This document shows positions 1 to 6,732 of a stretch of 6,732 nt of DNA, piece by piece. Position numbers and translations under genes: made by a program. The notes under the pieces are model-generated. The model worked only from the letters and a program-made list of their open reading frames with translations, made no database searches and had not been told where the DNA came from. Each line of letters begins with the position of its first letter. Position 1 is the first letter of the stretch. This DNA comes from Octopus sinensis (Eukaryota): contig NW_021829244.1 of NCBI RefSeq assembly GCF_006345805.1, positions 1-6,732 on the forward strand. The letters are read 5' to 3'.

Positions 1-106
1 CTGCTCTGCACTGTCTTCAATTTTCTGTTATCAAGTTTACACGGAAATGTCAAAAACCCGCAATTTACATGGAATCCCCAAGATTTTATGTGATAATGCT
101 AATACC

Positions 107-376
107 ACACACAAAAAACACGCACTCACGTGCACACACACACACACACGCGCGCGTACAGATACACATGCGCACGTGTAAATATGAGTATATAAATACG
201 TAAATACGCGCACACATTTACACACACACATACACATATATATATGCATGTATGTGTGTGTATTTACGTATTTATATGCAAATATATGTGTGTGTAGTAA
301 AAATATCACGTACAAATATAATCTCGATATATATACATATATATATATACACGCACACATGCACACACACATGTAT

Positions 377-418
<42 letters not shown>

Positions 419-490
419 TCAAAAAAAAATATATATATATATACGCACATGTATATGCATATATACATGTGCCTGTATATGTGCGCATGC
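107..490. repeat. Compound dinucleotide microsatellite (CA/TA/TG/CG)n
   Basis: Near-continuous alternating purine-pyrimidine runs, e.g. (CA)n ~377-401 and (TA)n ~402-417. Explains ORFs 37-492, 248-496 and 252-512. Confidence 0.95.
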
Positions 491-526
491 AAATGAATAC
501 AAGGTTAAATAGTATCACTCCAACCA

Positions 527-672
527 TTTCTCTCCCTTTCTCTTTCTCTTTCTCTCTCTCCCTTTCTCTTTCTCTTTCTCTCTCTCCCTTTCTCTTTCTC
601 TTTCTCTCTCTCCCTTTCTCTTTCTCTCTCTCTCTCTCCCTTTCTCTTTCTCTCTCTCTCTCTCTTTCTCTC
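527..672 (+). repeat. Polypyrimidine tract containing a 26-bp minisatellite (5 units, 534-663)
   Basis: Only C/T over 527-672. CCC recurs at 534, 560, 586, 612 and 638 (exact 26-nt period). Units 1-3 are CCCTTTCTCTTTCTCTTTCTCTCTCT; units 4-5 are CCCTTTCTCTTTCTCTCTCTCTCTCT. Confidence 0.95.
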
Positions 673-900
673 ACACACACACACACATTATTACTCTTCC
701 TTATCTCACTCCGACCTCTCGATGCAAACGCTCTCCCGCTTTTATACAATTTCTCAAAACTTTATTCGTAGTTGTCGGTTTTACTATTCCTTTGCACACA
801 ACATACAACACACAACACACACACAACCGAAGAAAAACTGAGAGAGAGAGGAGGGGGAGAGTATAAGAATCAGTAATATTTATTTATTTAAAATACTGAC

Positions 901-1998
901 TGTTGTTGTTGTTGTTGTTGCAGTTGTAGTTTTACATCTTTCCATTAATCTGTGATCAGGCTTTCTCCATTCCTATTTTATGTTTGTCTAAAACACGCTT
1001 TTTTCCCCTCCACAAATTTTTGTCTCCATCTTCTGTAATGATTCGTATTTCAGTTACTATTGTCGTTGTTGTTACTGTTGTTGTTGTTGTTGTCAATTGT
1101 GACTCCATTTTTTGCGGTTCTTGTCTTTAGAATCGTCGCCTTTCGATTTTGCTGTTGCAGCTTCTTTCTCTCTTTCTCTCTTTCGCCTGATTCCTTCTCG
1201 CTGTTATTGCTTTACCTTTCACCGTTCCTCTCCTTCTCCTTTCTTTATCCTTACAACTGATAATGTTGCTGTTGTTGCTGATAGTGTTGCATTTGTTATT
1301 CATATTGTTCTGCTTATTGGTGAAGGTGGTAAAGTTGGTAGTACAGGCTTCACTGGTGTTTGTGGTGGTTGCTGTGGTAGTAGAGGCGTAGATACGGATA
1401 AGTTTTAGTATTGTTGTTGTTGTTATGGTTGTTTTGATCGTTGGTGCTGACGGTGGTGCGTTCCTTATTGATGATGGTACTGGTGGTGGTGGTGGTGGTG
1501 GTGGTGGTGGTGGTGGTGGTGGTGGTGGTGATGCTGCTGCTGCTGCTGCTGCTGTTCTTCCTGCTGTATATTTGTTATTCATTTCAGTTGTGGGGTGCAC
1601 TGTGTTTGCGTTGTTATTGTTGCTGTCGTCGTCGTCCTGTTGTTGTTGTTGTTGTTGTTGGTAGTGGTGGTGACGATGTTGGTGGTGGTGGTGATGGTGG
1701 TGGTGTTGTTGTTGTTGTTGTTGTGGTGGTGGTGGTGGTGTTGGTGGTGGTGGTTTGGTGGTGGTGTTGGTGGTGGTGGTGGTGGTGGTGGTGGTGGTGG
1801 TGGTGGTGGTGGTGTTGGTGGTGGTGGTTGGGTGGTGGTGTTGGTGGTGGTTGTGGTGGTGGTGGTGTGGTTGTGGTGGTGGGTGGTGGTGTGGTGGTGG
1901 TGGTGGGGGTGTGGTGGTGGTGTTGGTTGGTTGGTGGTGGTGGTTGGTGATGGTGGATGGTGTTGGTGGTGGTGACGGTGTTGGTGGTGGTGTGGTTG
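901..1998. repeat. Trinucleotide-repeat-rich block: (TGT)n, (TGG)n, (TGC)n
   Basis: (TGT)n at ~901-920, ~1060-1092 and ~1638-1659; (TGG)n at ~1481-1529 and ~1680-1998; (TGC)n at ~1532-1553. Interspersed with unique sequence. Confidence 0.9.
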
Positions 1999-2145
1999 GA
2001 CACTGATAGTGGTCATTCGGCTGATGATGTTCTCGATACTGGTGACAGTGTCTATTGGAGCAGGGATTAGTGCGAGAATGTTTTAATCCTTCCAAGTGAG
2101 ATAAGACACTACGTGAACCATTGGAAACGGGTGACGTGGTTATCG
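1127..2145 (-). CDS. Candidate low-complexity exon/ORF (poly-His, Pro, Thr, Gln, Asn, Ala; basic C-terminus); could instead be a 5' UTR
   Basis: Frame is open from 2152 down to TAA at 1129-1127. The track's start at 2095 is TTG; the first in-frame ATG is 1582-1580. Possible acceptor (CCCCTCCCCTTAAATAATAG|) with AG at 2147-2146. No recognisable domain. CAC/CAA repeats contain no stops, so ORF length is weak evidence. Confidence 0.25.
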
Positions 2146-2214
2146 CTATTATTTAAGGGGAGGGGCAGTGGGTGGGTGGGTGTTGCGATTCTCGGCTTTA
2201 TTTGCGTGTGCGCA
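2054..2214. promoter_or_regulatory. Promoter/enhancer-like motif cluster
   Basis: CCAAT on the minus strand at 2054-2058 and 2120-2124; AGATAA 2099-2104; TACGTG 2110-2115; TGACGTGG 2132-2139; GGGGAGGGGC 2157-2166; GGGTG repeats ~2170-2182; NRF1-like TGCGTGTGCGCA 2203-2214. Locally CpG-rich. Confidence 0.35.
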
Positions 2215-2253
2215 TGTGTAAATATGCAATCGATCTGCGTATGGCGGTAGGCG

Positions 2254-2366
2254 TGTGTGTGTGTGTGTGTGAAGTGTGAATGTATGTGAGACTGTGTGGG
2301 AGCAGCGAACATACATGTGTGCGTGTATGAGCGCGCGAACACACACACACACACATATAAATGTAG

Positions 2367-2411
<45 letters not shown>

Positions 2412-2818
2412 TATATGTATGTATATATGTGTATGTGTATGTGTATATATATATGTATATATGTATATCTATATGTTTATATATGCCTATATATATATGT
2501 ATATATGTATGTATATATAGATAGATAGATGTATGTGTGTGCATATGGGTAAGTGTGGATGTTTGCGTGTTTGTATGAATGTCATGTGTGTGGCTATGTA
2601 TAAATACTCGTGCAGACATTGTGTGTCTTATGCTGTCAAGAACATATCTATGTGTATATGGTGATCATAGAAAAACAGGTGTTGTCTGTAGTCATAAAAC
2701 TACACAATATCATGTGTGCGCGTGTGTGCTTATGTACATATTTTACTTCACTCGCTGTGTTTATATACGTATCTATCCATTTATATACGCGTTTATGTAT
2801 GCATGTACATATATATAT
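2254..2818. repeat. Compound (GT)n/(CA)n/(TA)n/(TATG)n microsatellite region
   Basis: (GT)n ~2254-2271, (AC)n ~2339-2355, (TA)n ~2368-2406, then degenerate TATG/TGTG runs interspersed with short unique sequence. Confidence 0.9.
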
Positions 2819-2907
2819 CAATAATAAAAGGGTAAAATTAATTAATTATTACTTAATTTTACCAAGTAGTGTTCAGTATGTAAAAAGACCATTTAAGGTA
2901 TACTTAA

Positions 2908-3135
2908 AACATTACGTTATATAATTAGGGTTCAGTTAAGTAATTTACTTTACCACACGCCGAACTTTTAGAAATAGCAGCCAAAAAATCTTAGCTATTT
3001 CTTCTACGTATACTTTGTCTGGGAGATTTTTTTTATCGTAGAAGAAATAGCTAAGATTTTTGGCTGCTATTTCTAAAGGTTCGGTGTGTGGTAAATAAAT
3101 TATTTTACTGAACCCTAATTATATAACGTAATGTT
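2908..3135. repeat. Long inverted repeat (foldback): arms 2908-3008 and 3037-3135, 28-nt spacer
   Basis: The left arm AACATTACGTTATATAATTAGGGTTCAGT...TTAGCTATTTCTTCTACG matches the reverse complement of the right arm with 4 substitutions and two 1-nt indels (aligned by eye). Confidence 0.95.
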
Positions 3136-3325
3136 ATTATATATATATATATATGTGTATGTATGTATATATATATATGTATGTTATATATATATATATA
3201 TATATGTATATGTATGTATATAGTATATATATATATATATAATATATATATAATATATATGAGATATATCTATGTATGGTAGTTTATGTAATATATACGG
3301 TTGATATATATATATATATATATAT
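3136..3325. repeat. Degenerate (TA)n/(TATG)n microsatellite
   Basis: Long TA runs seen directly. Confidence 0.9.
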
Positions 3326-3440
3326 GAGTGGGCCATAGTGCCCAAATTCTGACTTGAAAGACTTCACCAGGTGGTGCTATTAAGTTAGACATGGCCTGGG
3401 CCAATAATGGCCGAAACCTATCAAAGTATCAAAGTAAAGT
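3326..3440 (+). mobile_element. Short unique insert within (TA)n; probable 5'-truncated retroelement 3' end
   Basis: A 115-bp GC-richer island between TA tracts. It ends in the tandem tail TATCAAAG-TATCAAAG-TAAAG (3419-3439) and contains the hairpin GGCCA-ATAA-TGGCC followed by GAAAC. Confidence 0.35.
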
Positions 3441-3473
3441 ATATATATATATGTATATATATACATACATATA

Positions 3474-4027
3474 CAGCGTGTCCCAAAAGTCCCTGATGGT
3501 TTAAATCTTTAATAACTTAAGTTTTCAAATAAATGCATGGTGAGGACAAATTGACATTGCCGCAGCGGGACATTTTTCTCTCTCTCTCTCCAAAGCACTG
3601 CCGTAGCAGTTACGCCATCTTGTCATGTGTGAGGTCTCCCTTGAATGACCTTCACGTTCCCCAGACTTGACCAGCCCGGACTTTTTCTTGTGGGGATATC
3701 TGAAAGAGAGGGTTTACGTCAACAAAACGGAGACCCTAGTCCTACTGAAGGAGAACGTCAATAGAAAAATCGGGGAAGTGTAGTATAAAACTCTTGACGG
3801 TGTTATGGTGCAGGGTTTGGAAAGAGCACGGACGTGCGAGTCCGAAGCTGGCTGCCACTTAAGCGATGTAATTTTCGTATATGATGCAGTGGTGTTGCAA
3901 AATTTGAGTTGTTTCATATTAATTTGCATTATGTCTTTTATTCTGTATCAAACTTACATGCATTTATTTCTAAACTTAAGAAAGTTATCAAAAATTAAAA
4001 ACCATCAGTTACTTTTGTGACACCCTG
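3474..4027 (+). mobile_element. Non-autonomous Tc1/mariner-superfamily DNA transposon (rosa/DD41D- or maT-like), internally deleted
   Basis: TA at 3472-3473 and 4028-4029. Left TIR CAGCGTGTCCCAAAAGTCCCTGATGGTTT... versus right TIR reverse complement CAGGGTGTCACAAAAGTAACTGATGGTTT.... Similarity extends to AAATAAATGCATG (3474-3539 versus 3957-4027). Internal transposase remnant present. Confidence 0.92.
3640..3884 (+). pseudogene. C-terminal fragment of a DD-x-D mariner-type transposase
   Basis: Translation LE*PSRSPDLTSPDFFLWGYLKERVYVNKTETLVLLKENVNRKIGEV*YKTLDGVMVQGLERARTCESEAGCHLSDVIF matches the WPPRSPDLTPxDFFLWGYLKxxVY...R..C....G.H motif. Stops at 3646-3648 (in place of the conserved W) and 3781-3783. 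Confidence 0.9.
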
Positions 4028-4052
4028 TATAGTATGCATATATATATATATA

Positions 4053-4088
<36 letters not shown>

Positions 4089-4290
4089 TATATATATATA
4101 TTATGTATATATATACGTGAATTTTTATCCATATATACATATACATATCTATATTTGATTTGTAAGATTCTCTATGTGAAATCGTGTGTTGTAACTAATG
4201 TTTCACACACGTAAACACACACATACATACACACGCAGAACAAAAACTACACACACAAAAGAACACAGCCGCTCACACACACATATCCAC
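4028..4290. repeat. (TA)n then degenerate (CA)n microsatellites
   Basis: TA runs ~4028-4150; CA runs ~4204-4285. Confidence 0.85.
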
Positions 4291-4559
4291 GTACACCCAT
4301 GTACTCATGAGCACATAAACATTTAGGTCTCCGAGAAAGAAGAATCGTAAGTTTTGAACCTTGTGAACGCCAAATTTCATCATTATTTTCAGGTTTTTGT
4401 AGCTATACCTTCTTTTATTTTTAACCGATTTTGCTTCTTGCATTTTGTACAGAAGGCAAAATCAAATTGATTTAGAAGTAACAATTCCTTCTTAAGTATA
4501 TTAGAATATATAGGAATTTTAAACAAAGAGAAATTCCTGTATTTTTTTCATGAATATAA

Positions 4560-5772
4560 ACTAAGTGATATTGTCAGCAAGAAACACTGGCTTAAATAAA
4601 CTTAGATTCTGATAAAACGCTTGGTGCATTTTTGTTTTATCTACATATATTCCCAAAAACATTGAATGGTTTTTCATTTGTTGTCCTTTCACACAGTTAA
4701 ATGGAAAAAAAAACTGCCCGCAAATCGTTTCCTAGAGGTGATGCTTATGGACGAGACAAAACCCCTTCCTGTATATTTAGCTGCCTATGCACTTGAGTTT
4801 GAACTCGTGGTGTTGGGAACGAAAACATACAATACTTTCTTTAATGCTATTCTTATATTTTTATATCAGCAACCTTTGTTCGTGGAGCCATTTGCATTTT
4901 CAATCGTGACCTACATTTTCACCATCTTCTGCACCGAGCAAACCTTTGCCGTTCTCAACCAATCTTTCCTTTGGTTTTTCTTTGAAATCATGTACGAGAT
5001 TTGAATCTCAAACTATGACTAAGAATAGTCGACTATCATATCAACTCTTAATATCTTTTTCTTTGCCATTCTTTTTCTGCGATTCTCATAGCAGTATTTT
5101 TTTTGAATGACTCATAATTCACGATTTTCTCTCCAGCCTGCTACATAAGAAGCAACTAAATATATTCTTTTTTTCAGAGAAATACTTTAGAAGTCACACG
5201 TCAAGGAGCCGCCATGTGGTGTTAGCAGAATTTTCTTTTCACCTAACTTCCAGTTCTTTCAAGACTTATTTGAATTTACATCTCAAAAAGTAGATTTGGT
5301 CGTAAACGAATATTTCTTCTTTAATCTCTTATTCATTTTTCATTCACTTCCACTTTCCAAAAGCTTTCTTTCTTTCTTGTATTCTCAAAACATAATGCAC
5401 CTCATAACCAGAGTCTTCTTCTTGCACCTTTATGATCGTCCAAATTTCCAGATCACACGATCTAATAAAGCAAACGTAGCTTTTATCCTTTCATATTTGT
5501 TTGAATGCATCATGTCTTTCATATTTTGTCAGATTCTCATTGAAAATAGGATTTTCTTTGTAACAAAATAATCTGATGCGTTCATTAATTGCGGCCTTAA
5601 AATATGCTCCTGTGTCCAACATACTTTCCATCTTGAGATATTTGTCGCATTCGAGTGTTTTATTTAACCCAACACCCATCATACTTTTCATGGCTTTCAT
5701 TCTGTTGTTATGTATAAACATTCCAAACAAGACTACATGTAATAAAAACAGAATCTCATGCAGAACTTCTGG
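4560..5772 (-). pseudogene. Decayed coding sequence, possibly a multi-immunoglobulin-domain protein
   Basis: Microsatellite-free region, purine-rich on the minus strand. Acceptor-like TTTCATCTTTTTTATTCAGTTTTTAG| precedes 5772. One frame gives PEVLHEILFLLHVVLFGMF..GLNKTLEC..AAINERIRLFC..WTIIKVQEEDSGY..YFLRCKF..EVR*..FKEKPKERLVENGK..WLHEQRLL, with many in-frame stops. Motif resemblance judged by eye only. Confidence 0.3.
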
Positions 5773-6004
5773 CTAAAAACTGAATAAAAAAGATGAAACG
5801 ATTTTGTATTGAAAACATATTTATTATCAATAAAGCTTTTTAGTCAAGTGTATATATGTTTGCATTTATTTGTGTGTGTATATATTTGGGATGTTCTTAT
5901 GTGTTTGTGACTTTGCGTTATATTTATGTGACACTATTTGTGTGTTTGCTACTATTTGAGACATAAAATATATGGTGTGTTTTCTTTTTAATTCTACACA
6001 TCAA

Positions 6005-6046
6005 AACGATGAAGCCTTAATTGGCTGAAACTTCGAAGTCACTGTT
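6005..6046 (+). ncRNA. Degenerate minimal type I hammerhead-ribozyme-like motif (Penelope-like element pLTR relic)
   Basis: CGATGA (6007-6012; canonical is CTGATGA), helix II AGCC-TTAATT-GGCT (6013-6026), GAAA (6027-6030), palindromic helix III ACTTCGAAGT (6030-6039), GTC triplet ending at 6040. The 5' strand of helix I is incomplete. Confidence 0.55.
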
Positions 6047-6158
6047 AATACTATTCGTGTAAAATATCAATAAATCTGGACTCCACAAAAGCATGGAGTC
6101 TCCCTTCAGATTAAAGTAAAATTGTTTTTATTATAACGAACATGAAAACAAACATTAA

Positions 6159-6202
6159 TGTGTGTATATACACAAACACACACACACATATATATATATA
6201 TA
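6159..6202. repeat. (TG)/(CA)/(TA) microsatellite
   Basis: Seen directly. Confidence 0.85.
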
Positions 6203-6732
6203 GTTCAAATTTACAAAGATCAAAAGACGAAGACAGGTGAAGAGGAACAACAAGCAGCGTATTAGGTTAATGCACAGGAAGAATGTGTCAAGCCTACGCA
6301 TTTCAACAGAAAGGATTAAGAGGGAAAAAATGGTAAACAGAAAAAAAAAATATTTAGGGTATAACGGTTCAGCATGATGAATATATATGATATTCAATTT
6401 TTCAACTTCGGGATAAACTTTTATCCATAACAATGAAATGTATTATATAAAAGGTGAAAGTTTTGCTAGATGTCGTTCTCCGAGTGACCGGTCGCTCTAA
6501 CTGCGCTGTTCAACATTTTAATTCGTTTTAATTTCGCAAAGAAGCTTTTAGATATAAATATTTAACAAAGTCCTTTCGTTGTCATCTGCAAAGGTCCTCT
6601 TCATTTGGATTCAGAATTCGGAAGTAAAGATATAAAAATATTCAAAGAATAGACCTTTATGTTACAAAGCAGATTGAACACATGCCTGAGCACGTTAATG
6701 AAACGATGGGACCGCGTGGGAAGTCAAGACAC

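Noticed and set aside
534-663. Regular 26-bp repeats as a CRISPR array
   Set aside because: No unique spacers, low complexity, eukaryotic context and no cas genes.
37-771. ORFs 37-492, 248-496, 252-512, 306-749 and 469-771
   Set aside because: Translations (YIYI, HTHT, CVCV, ERER, SLSL) are read-outs of dinucleotide repeats.
1060-2006. Plus-strand poly-V/G/W/L ORFs and minus ORF 1614-2003
   Set aside because: Stop-free frames are expected from (TGG)/(TGT) repeats; composition is implausible and most lack an ATG start.
2021-2027. CTGATGA heptamer (hammerhead core 5' half)
   Set aside because: No helix II or correctly placed GAAA follows.
2109-2924. Six short ORFs on both strands
   Set aside because: Largely microsatellite-derived, with no domains.
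3714-4214. ORFs 3714-3929 (-), 3805-4020 (+) and 4017-4214 (+)
   Set aside because: Antisense or read-through of the transposase relic and of (TA)n; not independent genes.
4666-5776. Plus-strand ORFs 4666-5004, 5296-5571 and 5576-5776
   Set aside because: F/L/I-rich antisense shadows of a purine-rich minus strand, with no recognisable motif.
4320-5780. Region as the RT/GIY-YIG ORF of a Penelope-like element next to the hammerhead
   Set aside because: No RT (YxDD, GxxMG) or GIY-YIG motif was seen in the frames I translated. Not all frames were read exhaustively, so BLASTX would settle it.
6411-6426. GGATAAA-CT-TTTATCC palindrome (also imperfect AGTGACCGGTCGCT at 6483-6496)
   Set aside because: Short; expected by chance and without supporting context.
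6155-6433. ORF 6155-6433 (-), 92 aa
   Set aside because: Non-ATG start, ends in a microsatellite, no domain.

Overview
AT-rich, microsatellite-saturated eukaryotic DNA. The (TA)n/(CA)n/(CT)n density suggests an invertebrate such as an octopus or other mollusc; this is inferred from composition only. Nearly all ORFs in the supplied track are simple-repeat artefacts. Supported features: (i) a 554-bp internally deleted Tc1/mariner-superfamily element (rosa/DD41D- or maT-like) at 3474-4027, with long TIRs, flanking TA and a decayed transposase C-terminus; (ii) a ~100-bp-arm, ~94% identical foldback inverted repeat at 2908-3135; (iii) a minimal hammerhead-ribozyme-like motif at 6005-6046 of the type found in Penelope-like retroelement pLTRs, with a damaged 5' core, followed by AATAAA and a hairpin, plus two weaker similar relics; (iv) a trinucleotide-repeat block (~900-2000) with a long minus-strand His/Pro/Gln/Thr/Ala-rich frame next to a dense promoter-like motif cluster (2054-2214); (v) a ~1.2-kb stop-riddled minus-strand region with immunoglobulin-domain-like motifs (possible pseudogene); (vi) a 26-bp minisatellite inside a polypyrimidine tract. 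No intact, confidently named gene is present.
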